Assembly: GCA_965200315.1 (NCBI GenBank)
Contig: OZ241362.1
Span: forward strand, 864,001-928,000
Source of the DNA: Candidatus Latescibacterota bacterium
GTDB lineage: Bacteria > Latescibacterota > UBA2968 > UBA8231
Direction of reading: 5' to 3'
DNA: 64,000 nucleotides
Below are positions 50,605 to 61,312 of the stretch, one piece after another; positions within the stretch are counted from its first letter, which is position 1, and every line of letters starts with the position of its first letter. The notes under the pieces are model-generated. The model did no database searches, had not been told where the DNA came from, and was given only the letters and a program-made list of their open reading frames with translations. A program made the translations under genes and the position numbers.

Positions 50605-52596
50605 CTAGGGACGCAACACTTGGCGATGCACCGAGTCCCATCCGGCGGCACCCATTTCCGGGAGATCACCCGTGCCGAGGGAGCGCACCTTGTCGCGCTC
50701 GATTTTGAGCAAGGTCAGCGCATTATTGGAGCGCACGTCAGGCGACAGGGAGATAGTGCCCCAAGCTCCTTGGTAGAAACGGACCGTGGTCAACCACTCA
50801 ATTAGCGCGGCTGGATCGCGGTATCCTTGCTCCCACCCTTCGAGGAGCAAGCAGGTGGCGTCGTAACCAGCCGCCGCGTAGTGTGGGTCGCGGCGGAATT
50901 GCTTGCGAAAGTTGTCGACAAACGACTGCTCGGGCGCGGACTCGGCTTGCCGCGCGGAAACGAAAATGACCCCGTCGAAATTCTTGCGCTCGCCCGGGCC
51001 CATCTGGCGGATCGCTTCGGGATCCCACCAAGCATCGTTGCCGAGAATTTGGGTCTGCAAGCGGTGAAAATGAACCTGCGGCGCGATGGTCTGGGCATCC
51101 TCAAAACTTTCGACCACCACCACTATCCCGTCGATGGTGTCGATAAACATATTTGCTTTTAGCTTTTCCTCGACCACTTCAAGCGTATCCGGCGGCGGCC
51201 TCAGCGCAAAACCAGCCTTGCGAATCTCCTCGAAAACGAGGCGGAAATCCCTCGTCTCGTTGGGGACATACCAATCGCTGTGCGCGATCTGGCCGCCGTT
51301 GCGCTCGGCAACGCGGGTAAATTCGCGCGCGAAATCCCAGCCGTATTCGCTGAGGGGAGAAATAATCGCTAAGTGTTCCAAGCCGAGGACGAGGGTCGCG
51401 TACTCGCCCAACAGGTGCGCCTGCGTTTTCGAGACCGTGCTCAATTGGAAAATGCTGTGGCCGAGCGAATCTAAGCCGCTCTGTTGAGCCAGCGGCACCA
51501 ACAGGGGAACGCCAGCGCGCGCGGCGACCGTCGCCGCCACGACGCTAGAGCTGCTAAAGAGCGGACCGACAATAGCCACGACTCCTTGATCCAGCAACTG
51601 CTGGATCCCGTACGCCACGCGCAACAAACCGCTGGCCGGGCTCTCGCTGACGTCGCCGCCGCGATCAGTAGCGATGGGCAAATTCCCGTAGTCAACCCCG
51701 GTGTCGGCGACTATAAGCTCAAAGGGGCTGCCGGCTTCCCGATTGGCCAATTGCACACCATCGCGAAGTTCTTCGCCGATCCGGTGGTACGGCCCAGTCA
51801 TCGGCAGCAGCAAGCCCAACCGGGGCGATTCCGAGCCAACGCGCGGGCGATATGTGGTCTGATCGCTCCCCCAGACAGCGGCTATCGGAGCGAATATGCC
51901 ACTGACGACGCTATCGCGATAAGTCTGCATCGCCTCGGCGGCGGCCTCTTGCCTGCCAAGGCGCTGATACCAGCGCGCCCGGCCGAAGAACAGGGCCTCG
52001 CGCAGACGCCCGGCCCCTACGGCCTGACGCAGAGGCGTCCGCTCTTGTTCTTTTAGCTGGCCGTTCCAATACATGGCCGCCAACCGCTCGGCTGCTTGGG
52101 CTTGGATGCCAAGAGGGGCCTGCGTGGCCAACAAACGGCCGTACTGGGACGCGGCCTCTGAGTAGTGTTTGCTGTTGAAAAACGAGTCGCCAATCAACAA
52201 CCGGGCATTGGGCAGGTAGCGGCTCGCGGGAAATCGACGCTGCAAGACCAAGGCCGCGTCGATGGCTTCGGCAAAGCGACCTAAGCGGTACAAGGTTTTT
52301 CCCAAGAGGAATTGGCCGGCGCTAGACCGCTGGTTGAGTGGGAACTCCGCTAGCTGCCGCAGGTAGTTGAGTGTCTCGTCGAAATGCCCCTGTTTATATG
52401 CTTCAAGCCCGTTGCCAAAGATCTTTTCGGCGTCGGCCGAATACGTCCAGATGCGCGCCTGCCCTTCGACGCAGTTCGGCACCAGCACCGCCGCAAGGAC
52501 CACGCATGCGCAACGAGCAATGTACTGCCTACAAAGGGGCCTAGGTTGTCCGCATCTGAGAGGGCGAGTATATTTTTTACGCCACCGCATTTCCAA
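50605..52596 (-). CDS. LpoA/LppC-like protein (TPR + periplasmic binding protein type 1 domain)
   Basis: TPRs, then LGLLLPMTG, IVGPLFS and AAGYDA; true start uncertain. Confidence 0.8.
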   Translation of the reverse strand: MEMRWRKKYTRPLRCGQPRPLCRQYIARCACVVLAAVLVPNCVEGQARIWTYSADAEKIFGNGLEAYKQGHFDETLNYLRQLAEFPLNQRSSAGQFLLGKTLYRLGRFAEAIDAALVLQRRFPASRYLPNARLLIGDSFFNSKHYSEAASQYGRLLATQAPLGIQAQAAERLAAMYWNGQLKEQERTPLRQAVGAGRLREALFFGRARWYQRLGRQEAAAEAMQTYRDSVVSGIFAPIAAVWGSDQTTYRPRVGSESPRLGLLLPMTGPYHRIGEELRDGVQLANREAGSPFELIVADTGVDYGNLPIATDRGGDVSESPASGLLRVAYGIQQLLDQGVVAIVGPLFSSSSVVAATVAARAGVPLLVPLAQQSGLDSLGHSIFQLSTVSKTQAHLLGEYATLVLGLEHLAIISPLSEYGWDFAREFTRVAERNGGQIAHSDWYVPNETRDFRLVFEEIRKAGFALRPPPDTLEVVEEKLKANMFIDTIDGIVVVVESFEDAQTIAPQVHFHRLQTQILGNDAWWDPEAIRQMGPGERKNFDGVIFVSARQAESAPEQSFVDNFRKQFRRDPHYAAAGYDATCLLLEGWEQGYRDPAALIEWLTTVRFYQGAWGTISLSPDVRSNNALTLLKIERDKVRSLGTGDLPEMGAAGWDSVHRQVLRP

Positions 52597-52616
52597 CCTT
52601 TCCTTTAGGTTAATAT

Positions 52617-54122
52617 ATGCAACCGCATGCTGAAAAAGTGGAGATCGACCCAGAAAAACTGCGCCGTCTCCTAGCTAGACAAATCGAAGAACAAGAGCAA
52701 GAGCCAGCCCAGCCCGAGGCTTCCTCCACCCAAGGCGAAGGTACTCAGACTGTCGAGTCCGAAGCCCTGCACTTCGACCTCAAACCAGAAGAATTAGAGG
52801 CCTATCTCGATCAATACGTCATCAAGCAGCAAGAAGCCAAGGCCATTCTCGCCACCAAGATCTGCACGCACTTCAACCGCCTGAAACTGCCCCCGGAAGA
52901 AGACGAGGGATTTGTCGGCAACATCAAAAACAACGTGTTGATGATCGGCCCTACCGGCGTGGGCAAAACCTATTTAATCCGCCTCATCGCCCGCAAAATC
53001 GGCGTCCCTTTCGTCAAGGGCGACGCCACCAAATTCAGCGAGACCGGTTATGTCGGCGGCGATGTCGAAGACTTGGTCCGGGACCTAGTCCGCGAGGCCA
53101 ACGGCGACATTGAACGCGCCCAGTACGGCATCATATACATCGACGAAATCGACAAAATTGCCTCCGCGCAGGGAGTACACGGCCCAGATGTCTCGCGCTC
53201 GGGCGTCCAGCGCAACCTGCTCAAGCTGATGGAGGAAACCGACGTCGACCTCAAAGCTCCACACGACATTGCCTCGCAGATGGAATCCGTCATCCAGATG
53301 CAGCAGACAGGCAAGATCGAACGCCAGAAGGTCAACACTCGCAACATCCTGTTTATCGTTAGCGGGGCCTTTTCCGGGCTAGACGAAATCATCGGCCGTC
53401 GGCTCAACAAAGGCACCATGGGGTTCCGCTCCCAAGCCGACCCAGCCCACCTCAACGCCGATCAGCTCCTATCGCACGTGCGGGCCGAGGATCTGATCGA
53501 ATACGGCTTCGAGTCCGAGTTCATTGGGCGTTTGCCCGTCATCGCCGTGCTGCACGACCTCGGCCCCGAAGATCTCCTCGAAATCCTCCGCAACCCCAAA
53601 AGCAGCGTCATCCTGTCCAAGAAGCGCGACTTTCGCGCCTATGGCATCGAGGTCGAATTTGCCGACGAGGCCCTCGCCCTGTTAGCCGAGCGCGCACACG
53701 CCGAGCACATCGGTGCCCGAGGCTTGGTCAGCGCCATTGAAAAGGTATTGCTCTACTACGAAAAGAAGCTCCCTTCCGTCGGCGTCGAGCGCCTTGCCGT
53801 TGGGGCCGATACCGTCTTGGACCCTGCGGCTGGTCTGGAACGCTTGCTCCAAGACACTTCGCTGAGCCGCTTTCTCGACAACTTTCAACGCGAACACGAC
53901 ATCGCCTTGGAGATCACGCCAGAAGCCTCCGCGCAAATCGAGGCCCTAGCCAGCACGCAGAACATGGCACCTGGCGAATTGTGCGAAGAAATGTTCAGCG
54001 ACTACGGGCACGGCCTCAAGCTGGCCAGATTGAGCCAGTTCTGCATTGACGCGGATGTGGTAGCCGCCCCCCAAGAGGCACTCAACGCGCTCGTCAAATA
54101 CTACTACAATCAACGCCGCTAA
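52617..54122 (+). CDS. ClpX-like AAA+ ATPase lacking the zinc-binding domain
   Basis: IGPTGVGKT, DATKFSETGYVGGDVE, YIDEIDK, MGF loop, EFIGRLPV and GARGL. Confidence 0.9.
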   Translation: MQPHAEKVEIDPEKLRRLLARQIEEQEQEPAQPEASSTQGEGTQTVESEALHFDLKPEELEAYLDQYVIKQQEAKAILATKICTHFNRLKLPPEEDEGFVGNIKNNVLMIGPTGVGKTYLIRLIARKIGVPFVKGDATKFSETGYVGGDVEDLVRDLVREANGDIERAQYGIIYIDEIDKIASAQGVHGPDVSRSGVQRNLLKLMEETDVDLKAPHDIASQMESVIQMQQTGKIERQKVNTRNILFIVSGAFSGLDEIIGRRLNKGTMGFRSQADPAHLNADQLLSHVRAEDLIEYGFESEFIGRLPVIAVLHDLGPEDLLEILRNPKSSVILSKKRDFRAYGIEVEFADEALALLAERAHAEHIGARGLVSAIEKVLLYYEKKLPSVGVERLAVGADTVLDPAAGLERLLQDTSLSRFLDNFQREHDIALEITPEASAQIEALASTQNMAPGELCEEMFSDYGHGLKLARLSQFCIDADVVAAPQEALNALVKYYYNQRR

Positions 54123-55489
54123 ATTCCACCGTACTGCTTTACCTTGCGGTAGAGCGTACTGAGACCGATTTGCAAAATCTCGGCCGCCCGCCGTCGGTCG
54201 TCGCCAACGGCCTTCAGCGTCTCGGCGATGGCCCTCTGTTCGATCTCGGCCATGCTCATGCCGACGCGAAAACCCAATCCGGGGAAAACGCGCTCTTGGC
54301 GGTTTATGTAGCGCGGGATGTCCCCAACTTCGAGCACACCTTCGCGGGCGCACATGACGACCATGCCTTCGATGCAGTTTTTCAATTCTCGCACATTGCC
54401 CGGCCAATCGTAATCGCGCAACACGTCTAAGGCCCGCGGCCGGATGCCCGCGATGCGCTTGTCGTTCTCGGCGGCGAACTGCCGAATAAACGCGTCGGCC
54501 AGAATGGGTATGTCCTCGCGGCACTCGCGCAGGGGCGGCACTTCGATCTTGATCACGTTGAGCCGGTAGAACAGGTCCGCCCGGAAGGTACCGTCCCGCA
54601 CCATAGCTTCTAGATCGCGGTGTGTCGCCGCGATCAAGCGCACATCAACCCGCCGGGTTTGGGTGCCGCCGATCCGCTCAAAGCAGCCATCCTGAATCAC
54701 TCTCAGGAGCTTTACTTGTGTCGGCAGGGGGATGTCCCCGACTTCGTCGAGAAACAAGGTGCCTTGATCGGCCAGTTCAAAGCGCCCTTTGCGTGCGGCT
54801 ACGGCCCCGGTATAGGCCCCCTTCTCGTGGCCAAAAAGCTCGTTTTCGACCAAGCTCTCCGGTAGTGCACCGCAGTTTATTTCGACGAAGGCGTTTTCCC
54901 GCCGTCGGCTCCGCTGGTGGATGGCCTTTGCCACCTCGCCCTTGCCCGTGCCGGTCTCGCCGGCGATCAAAACACTAGTCCGCGATTGCGCCACCTGTTC
55001 GATCTGGAGGTAAATGCGCTGCCACGGCGACGAGCGGCGGGCGATGTCGTCAAAGCGATAGCGCTCGTCCAAGCGGCGCTGTAGATCCGAGACTTCCCCT
55101 ACTAGCTGCTGGTAGCGCAGGCCCTTTTCCAACACCGCGCCGACCTTGGCAAAATTCAGCGGCTGGAGTTGAAAATCGTAGGCCCCTCGGCGCATCGCTT
55201 CAACCCCCAACTCAATGTCTTCAGGCCCGGCGATGGCAATGGCGCAGATGGCCGGATTGCGCTTGTGGGCCAGTTGCTGGACCCGCAACCCATCGATGCG
55301 CTTCTCGCGCAAGGCGTAGATCAGCGCATCAACCGCATCGGCGTCGAGGATGTCGTACGCGCTCTGCCCCTCGTGCGCCCAGATCACTTCGTACGCCTGT
55401 TGTTCTAGATAAAAAATCAGCGATCGGGCCTGCTGGGATTCGGGCAGCACTACCAAGAGCCGCGGCTGCGTATGGCGCTTCTCACTCAC
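54119..55489 (-). CDS. Sigma54-dependent Fis-family activator with atypical receiver domain
   Basis: GETGTGK, ELFGHEKGAYTGA, FLDEVGD, WPGNVREL and HTH; GTGA overlap with rlmD. Confidence 0.92.
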   Translation of the reverse strand: MSEKRHTQPRLLVVLPESQQARSLIFYLEQQAYEVIWAHEGQSAYDILDADAVDALIYALREKRIDGLRVQQLAHKRNPAICAIAIAGPEDIELGVEAMRRGAYDFQLQPLNFAKVGAVLEKGLRYQQLVGEVSDLQRRLDERYRFDDIARRSSPWQRIYLQIEQVAQSRTSVLIAGETGTGKGEVAKAIHQRSRRRENAFVEINCGALPESLVENELFGHEKGAYTGAVAARKGRFELADQGTLFLDEVGDIPLPTQVKLLRVIQDGCFERIGGTQTRRVDVRLIAATHRDLEAMVRDGTFRADLFYRLNVIKIEVPPLRECREDIPILADAFIRQFAAENDKRIAGIRPRALDVLRDYDWPGNVRELKNCIEGMVVMCAREGVLEVGDIPRYINRQERVFPGLGFRVGMSMAEIEQRAIAETLKAVGDDRRRAAEILQIGLSTLYRKVKQYGGI

Positions 55490-56844
55490 GGGGCGACCTG
55501 CTTGCACAACTCGACGACCACTTCGCAGTGCGGTGTTTGGGGAAACATATCTACGGGCTGTACGCTGCGGACGCCGTAACCAGCCTCGCCCAAGGTGTGC
55601 AAATCGCCGGCTAGCGAGTGGACGTTACAGGAGACGTAAATAATGCGCGGCGGTGCCAACGCGCTTAGACCGGCCAGTACCTTTTTGTGGATCCCGGGCC
55701 GCGGTGGATCGACGACGGCTAGGTCAAAATGCCGGCCTTGTACCACCAATTCCCCCAGTATGTCCTCGGCTGCACCGACCATGAACTCGCAGTGTCCTAT
55801 CTGATTGCGCACGGCGTTACGCTTGGCATCCTCCACTGCTTCAGCGACCACTTCGATGCCCAACACAAACTGGGACCGGCGCACCAAAAGCAGGCTGATG
55901 CTGCCGGTGCCGCAGTACAAATCCAACACCGCCTTTTGCGACCCGGCCACGCGGGCTATGACCTCGTAGAGCCGCTCGGCTTGCAGCGAATTCGTCTGAA
56001 AAAAGGACTGGGGAGAAACGTCGAATTCGAGGCCTTTGCACACTTCGGTGATGCGCCCGCTTGCCTTGAGCACAAACTCACGCTCCCCGACTGCGACTTG
56101 GGCCTTGCCGGTGTGTAGGGTGACGAGCAAAACATCAATTTCGGGTACAGCATCCAATAATTGCTCGGCGAGCTGTTGGACGCCCAGATCGGGATACGCG
56201 GACACGACGAGGTTGACCATTACTTCTCCGGTCCGCTTGCCCTCTCGGACGACCAAGAAGCGCAACAGCCCGTGATGCCGCTTCAGGTCGTACGCGCTCA
56301 GTCCCAACGCTTGGCTGATACAGCGGACTGCTCCGACGATGCGGTTGGAAGTGTCAGACTGTAGGTGGCACTCTTCGACATCGAAGATCCAATTGAAACG
56401 CCCGCGGACGTGCAAGCCTAGTTGCAGCAAGCCCTCGCGATCCGAGCCAAAGGAAAATTCCATTTTGTTGCGATAGAAAAAGGGGGTCGGGCTGGGCAAA
56501 ATCGGGGATGCGGGCGGCAGCGTCAGTCCACTAGTCGCCAATGCGCCAGCGACCATCTGCTCCTTGACGGCAAGCTGGGCCGCGTAAGGCAATTCCTGCC
56601 AGCGACAGCCGCCGCAATGTCCAAAATGGGCGCAGCGGGGATGCTTGCGCTTGTAGCCCTCTGCGAGGAACTCTTCTATCTCGGCCTCGAAGCGCCCTTT
56701 GCGCTTCTTAACGATCCGGGCGGCGACCCGGTCTCCAGGAACAGACTGACGCACGACGACTTCGCGGTGCCCGACATAAGCCATCCCGTCGCCCTTGGCG
56801 GTGGGCGCAACGACCTCGACCTCGATGCGATCTCCTCGTTTCAC
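55486..56844 (-). CDS. rlmD: 23S rRNA (uracil-5)-methyltransferase RlmD/RumA
   Basis: TRAM domain, CAHFGHCGGC, SFFQTN, DLYCGTG, DPPR, YVSC and DMFPQT. Confidence 0.92.
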   Translation of the reverse strand: MKRGDRIEVEVVAPTAKGDGMAYVGHREVVVRQSVPGDRVAARIVKKRKGRFEAEIEEFLAEGYKRKHPRCAHFGHCGGCRWQELPYAAQLAVKEQMVAGALATSGLTLPPASPILPSPTPFFYRNKMEFSFGSDREGLLQLGLHVRGRFNWIFDVEECHLQSDTSNRIVGAVRCISQALGLSAYDLKRHHGLLRFLVVREGKRTGEVMVNLVVSAYPDLGVQQLAEQLLDAVPEIDVLLVTLHTGKAQVAVGEREFVLKASGRITEVCKGLEFDVSPQSFFQTNSLQAERLYEVIARVAGSQKAVLDLYCGTGSISLLLVRRSQFVLGIEVVAEAVEDAKRNAVRNQIGHCEFMVGAAEDILGELVVQGRHFDLAVVDPPRPGIHKKVLAGLSALAPPRIIYVSCNVHSLAGDLHTLGEAGYGVRSVQPVDMFPQTPHCEVVVELCKQVAP

Positions 56845-56866
56845 GTGCTCTCTATCTAAAATGCAA

Positions 56867-56897
56867 ACGGGGCAAGATGGTCATCATCTTGCCCCGT
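56867..56897 (-). terminator. Terminator after rplQ
   Basis: Perfect 13-bp stem ACGGGGCAAGATG-GTCAT-CATCTTGCCCCGT, T-rich on the minus strand. Confidence 0.8.
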
Positions 56898-56920
56898 CGC
56901 TACTGCTTTGGACGCCCACC

Positions 56921-57316
56921 TTATTCTTCGGCCTCCTGAGTCTCTTCTGAGGTTACCTCAGGGCGATCCACGAGCTCGACGATACTCATAAACGCCCCGT
57001 CGCCGCGGCGCGGGCCCAACTTGATCAAGCGCGTATAGCCGCCGTTGCGGCTTTTGTAGCGCGGGCCCAGTTCGTCAAAGAGCTTGGCGACCACCTGCTT
57101 GTCGGCTATGACGCGCAACACTTGGCGGCGGGCGTGCAAGTCGCCTTTCTTAGCGCAAGTCAGCACCCGCTCGGCCGTGCGCTTGAGTTCTTTGGCCCGC
57201 GTCTGGGTGGTGGTGATGCGCTCGTTGATAAAGAGCGAGGCCATCATGTTGGACAACATGGCTTTGCGATGCGGAGCTGTGCGACCCAGTTTGGCTATTC
57301 TTTTTCCGTGTCTCAT
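56921..57316 (-). CDS. rplQ: 50S ribosomal protein L17
   Basis: MRHGK..KLGR and RNGGYTR. Confidence 0.98.
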   Translation of the reverse strand: MRHGKRIAKLGRTAPHRKAMLSNMMASLFINERITTTQTRAKELKRTAERVLTCAKKGDLHARRQVLRVIADKQVVAKLFDELGPRYKSRNGGYTRLIKLGPRRGDGAFMSIVELVDRPEVTSEETQEAEE

Positions 57317-57318
57317 GG

Positions 57319-58335
57319 CTAGAATTCTTCCGCCAGCGAATTGTCCGCTGTTTGGTCAATCTCAATGTTTTCGTACGGAGTCAGGTCCATACCCCAGCTA
57401 AGATTGTTTTCCTCGAGTATTTTCTGCAACTCGTTGAACGATTTGCGGCCGAAGTTGCGATACTGGAGCATCTCGGCCTCCGTGCGCGACACCAAGTCCC
57501 TGAGATGGGTGATTCCCGCGGCTTTGAGACAGTTGGCCGAGCGCACCGTCAACTCAATCTCTTCGACGGGTGTTTGCAAGAGTTGGACGATCTTCTTGGC
57601 GTCCTCGTCAACTTCCTTCTCTTCAATGCCTTCAGGCTCTTCTGCAAAATTAATAAAAAGGCGTAGGTGTTCAGTCAGGATTTGGGCAGCTTGGGACATG
57701 GCATCCTCCGGATGCACTGAGCCATCGGTCCAGACTTCCATAATCAGCTTGTCATAGTCTGTGCGCCGCCCGACGCGTGCGTTCTCGATCTCGTAGTGGA
57801 CCTTGAGAACCGGCGAATAGTTCGTATCGAGTGGAATAGCACCAATGGGCTGCTCGGGGATTTTGTTCTCCTCGGCGAACTGGTAGCCGCGACCACAGCC
57901 AACCGTCAGTTCTATTTTCAAGGAAGCCCCTTTATCCAAGGTGGCAATGTGTAGATCGGGATTTAGAACCTCGACGCTGGGGTCCACTTCTAGGTCCTTG
58001 GCTACCAAGGCTCCTTCTGTCGTGCGCTCGACGCGCAAGACGCGATCCTCTTCGCTACTATAGCGGAGCGCCACTTCCTTAAAGCTGCGCACGATCTCCG
58101 GCACATCCTCGCGCACCCCAGCAATCGTGGAAAACTCGTGATGTACGCCTTCGATATTGACTTGCTTGATCGCGGCTCCTTGGATAAAGGACAGCAATAC
58201 GCGGCGCAGCGCGTGTCCTATAGAGACGCCAAAACCACGCTCGAGCGGCTGGACGACAAACATGCCATACGTCTCGCTGAGGCTTTCTTTTTCGACCTCG
58301 GCCAGCCTCGGCATCTGGAGACCTTCTAATTTCAT
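57319..58335 (-). CDS. rpoA: RNA polymerase alpha subunit
   Basis: [22 protein letters not shown] and RNFGRKS. Confidence 0.98.
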   Translation of the reverse strand: MKLEGLQMPRLAEVEKESLSETYGMFVVQPLERGFGVSIGHALRRVLLSFIQGAAIKQVNIEGVHHEFSTIAGVREDVPEIVRSFKEVALRYSSEEDRVLRVERTTEGALVAKDLEVDPSVEVLNPDLHIATLDKGASLKIELTVGCGRGYQFAEENKIPEQPIGAIPLDTNYSPVLKVHYEIENARVGRRTDYDKLIMEVWTDGSVHPEDAMSQAAQILTEHLRLFINFAEEPEGIEEKEVDEDAKKIVQLLQTPVEEIELTVRSANCLKAAGITHLRDLVSRTEAEMLQYRNFGRKSFNELQKILEENNLSWGMDLTPYENIEIDQTADNSLAEEF

Positions 58336-58378
58336 ACGTTAGCCCCTTACCCCTTGATGGATTGGACGGAGTAAAACG

Positions 58379-59005
58379 TCATACGCGAGAATAAAATTCG
58401 ATGACCAGTTGTTCTTCGGCGACCGTGGGGATGTCTTCGCGGCTGGGAATCTCTTCTACAGTCCCAGTCAGGTTGACCTTATCTATGGCCAGCCAAGGCA
58501 CAGTCTCCCGCGAGCGCCGCAGCGATTCGTGAATGGCTTCTAGCTGGCGACTGCGTTCGGCGACTTGTACCACATCGCCCATCCGGGTCAAATAGGAAGG
58601 GATGTTAACTCGTTTGCCGTTTACCACGATGTGGTTGTGGCGCACTAACTGGCGCGCGGCCTTGCGCGACGGCGCAAAACCGAGCCGATAGACAATGTTG
58701 TCGAGGCGGCCCTCTAACAGGCGCAACAGGTTTTCGCCACTGACGCCCGGCACGCGCGACGCCTCCTTGTAATAGCCCCTGAACTGGCCTTCGCGGACTC
58801 CGTAGAGCCGAGCTAGTTTTTGCTTGGCCCGTAGCTGCACGCTGTAGTCGGACTGCCTGCGCCTCAAACCCTGACCGTGTTGGCCCGGGGCATAGCTGCG
58901 CCGCTCAAAGGAGCATTTTTCGAGATTGCAGCGCTCGCCCTTGAGGAAGAGTTTGGCTCCTTCCCGGCGGCAAAAGCGACAATTGGGACCTGTATGCCTG
59001 CTCAT
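58379..59005 (-). CDS. rpsD: 30S ribosomal protein S4
   Basis: CRREG.KLFLKG, PGQHG and RLDNIVYRLGF. Confidence 0.98.
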   Translation of the reverse strand: MSRHTGPNCRFCRREGAKLFLKGERCNLEKCSFERRSYAPGQHGQGLRRRQSDYSVQLRAKQKLARLYGVREGQFRGYYKEASRVPGVSGENLLRLLEGRLDNIVYRLGFAPSRKAARQLVRHNHIVVNGKRVNIPSYLTRMGDVVQVAERSRQLEAIHESLRRSRETVPWLAIDKVNLTGTVEEIPSREDIPTVAEEQLVIEFYSRV

Positions 59006-59021
59006 AACGTGGTTAGCTCCT

Positions 59022-59411
59022 CTAAACGCGGCGACGCTTGGGCGGCCGACAGCCGTTGTGCGGCATGGGGGTCACGTCGCGGATTGCGGAAATCTCAAGC
59101 CCGGCGTTTTGCAAAGCGCGGATTGCAGACTCGCGCCCTACCCCCGGCCCCTTGACCCAGACCTCCACGCGGCGCAATCCCATATTCATGGCTTCTTGAG
59201 CGGCCCTTTCAGCAGCGAGCTGGCCGGCAAAGGGCGTAGATTTGCGACTGCCCCTGATGCTCATTTTCCCAGGGGTCGCCCAAGAAATCACATTGCCCCT
59301 CGTATCGGTCAGGGTAATGATCGTATTGTTGAACGTGGCCAGAATGTGAGCCACGCCCACAGCCTCTACCTGTTTCGCTTTCTTGCGTCTCTTGCGTCTT
59401 TCGGGCGGCAA
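59022..59411 (-). CDS. rpsK: 30S ribosomal protein S11
   Basis: TFNNTI, KSTPFA and [13 protein letters not shown]. Confidence 0.98.
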   Translation of the reverse strand: MPPERRKRRKKAKQVEAVGVAHILATFNNTIITLTDTRGNVISWATPGKMSIRGSRKSTPFAGQLAAERAAQEAMNMGLRRVEVWVKGPGVGRESAIRALQNAGLEISAIRDVTPMPHNGCRPPKRRRV

Positions 59412-59438
59412 AGGTCAATCCTCTCGGTTTGGGTTGAT

Positions 59439-59819
59439 CTATTTGACGGGGGCCTTTTTCTTGCCGGCAATAGCCCGCCGCGGCCCCTTGCGCGTGCGGG
59501 CATTGGTCTTAGTGCGCTGGCCATTGGCCGGCAGCCCGCGGCGATGCCGCAACCCCCGATAGCAGCCGATATCCATCAGCCGCTTGATATTCATGGTGGT
59601 TTCACCGCGCAGACTACCTTCGACCTTGTGGCTGACCTCAATGATCGAACGCAAACTGCTGACCTGATCTTCGCTCAGCTCGTTGATGCGGGTTTGAGGA
59701 TCGATCCTCGCCTGAGAGGCGATGCGACTGGCCGTCGTGTGCCCAATGCCAAAGATATAGGTCAATGCAATGGCAACTCGCTTGTCGCGGGGTAAATCTA
59801 CACCTGCTATGCGCGCCAT
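59439..59819 (-). CDS. rpsM: 30S ribosomal protein S13
   Basis: [16 protein letters not shown] and TKTNART. Confidence 0.98.
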   Translation of the reverse strand: MARIAGVDLPRDKRVAIALTYIFGIGHTTASRIASQARIDPQTRINELSEDQVSSLRSIIEVSHKVEGSLRGETTMNIKRLMDIGCYRGLRHRRGLPANGQRTKTNARTRKGPRRAIAGKKKAPVK

Positions 59820-59830
59820 AGTGTTATTCC

Positions 59831-59947
59831 TCAGCCTTGTTTCTGTTTGTGGCGGGGATTGCGCTTACATATAATCCGCACGACCCCATGCCGACGGACG
59901 ACTTTACACTCGTTACAGCGCTTGCTGACGGATGCTCTAACTTTCAC
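59831..59947 (-). CDS. rpmJ: 50S ribosomal protein L36 (Zn-binding form)
   Basis: Manual translation: [38 protein letters not shown]. Confidence 0.97.
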   Translation of the reverse strand: MKVRASVSKRCNECKVVRRHGVVRIICKRNPRHKQKQG

Positions 59948-59968
59948 GGTACTCGCTCCAAGTGAGGT

Positions 59969-61312
59969 TTAGCCGCGGCGGCCTTGGATTTTGCCCCGCT
60001 TCATAAAGCCCTCGTAGTGGCGCGTCATTAGCTGGGACTCTAACTGCTGCAAGGTATCTAAAGCCACGCCAACGACGATCAAAAGCCCTGTCCCACCAAA
60101 AAACTGGGCAAACGAAGGGGCCACGTTGAATTGCCTCGTGACGAAGAAGGGAAAGATGGCTACCATCGCGAGGGCAATAGAGCCCGGCAGGGTAATGCGC
60201 GTCATAATGCCATCAATGTACTGAGCGGTCCGAGGACCGGGGCGGACACCTGGGATGAACCCCCCGTGCTTTTTCATGTTGTCAGAGAGCTGATTGGGAT
60301 CCATGACGATGGCAGTATAAAAATAACAAAAGAAGATGATCATTAGCCCATAGACGAACCAATAAAACATGGATTCGGTCGAGAAAAACGAACCAATCGC
60401 CAGCATGAATTCATTGCCTGGGAACATCTGCGTGATCGTGCCGGGCAGAAACATGATCGACTGGGCAAATATGATCGGAATCACGCCCGCAGTGTTGATC
60501 CGCAGGGGAATGTGCGTGGTCTGGCCACCGTAAACCCGGCGCCCGACGACGCGCTTGGCGTACTGCACGGGAATTTTGCGCAGGCCCTGGGTCAGCAAGA
60601 TAACAAACGCTACTACGGCGAACATTAGCGCGATGAGGAGAATCTCTTCGATGATATTCTTGCTGAAACCGCGATTGATGATAAAGAGATTGTATTCCTG
60701 ATTGATTGCGTAGGGCAACTCGGCGATGATGCCGATAAAGATGATCAGGGAAATGCCGTTGCCAATACCGCGTTCCGTGATCTGTTCGCCTAACCACATG
60801 ATAAAGATCGTGCCGGTGGTAATCGTCAGCATGGTCGCCAGCGTAAAGCCAATGCCTGGGTCGGCAACGGCTGGCTGACCCGAGTACGGGGCCTTGATGC
60901 TAGTGATAAAAAAACTGACGCCGTAGGATTGAGCGGCCGCTAGAAAGACCGTACCGTAGCGCGTGTACTGAGTGATTTTCTTGCGCCCCTCTTCGCCTTC
61001 GCGCTGCAATTTCTGGAAGTAGGGAATAACCGCGCCCAGCAACTGCAAAATGATTGAGGCACTAATATATGGCATAATGCCCAAGGCGAAGATCGTCCCG
61101 CGGGTAAAGGCACCACCCACAAACATGTCGTACAGCCCAAAGAGGGTGTTGCCGGCGCTTTCAAAGTACTCTTTGAGCACGACTAATTCGACACCGGGGA
61201 CCGTAATCTGACCACCGATGCGATAGACGATCAAAAGCCCTAAGGTGAAAAGGATGCGACGCCGCAAATCGGGAATTTTGAAGCAGTTTTGAAAACTCTG
61301 CACCAATTGCAT
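59969..61312 (-). CDS. secY: Preprotein translocase SecY
   Basis: FALGIMPYISASII, GIGNGISL, IPGVRPG and GGTGLLIVV. Confidence 0.98.
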   Translation of the reverse strand: MQLVQSFQNCFKIPDLRRRILFTLGLLIVYRIGGQITVPGVELVVLKEYFESAGNTLFGLYDMFVGGAFTRGTIFALGIMPYISASIILQLLGAVIPYFQKLQREGEEGRKKITQYTRYGTVFLAAAQSYGVSFFITSIKAPYSGQPAVADPGIGFTLATMLTITTGTIFIMWLGEQITERGIGNGISLIIFIGIIAELPYAINQEYNLFIINRGFSKNIIEEILLIALMFAVVAFVILLTQGLRKIPVQYAKRVVGRRVYGGQTTHIPLRINTAGVIPIIFAQSIMFLPGTITQMFPGNEFMLAIGSFFSTESMFYWFVYGLMIIFFCYFYTAIVMDPNQLSDNMKKHGGFIPGVRPGPRTAQYIDGIMTRITLPGSIALAMVAIFPFFVTRQFNVAPSFAQFFGGTGLLIVVGVALDTLQQLESQLMTRHYEGFMKRGKIQGRRG

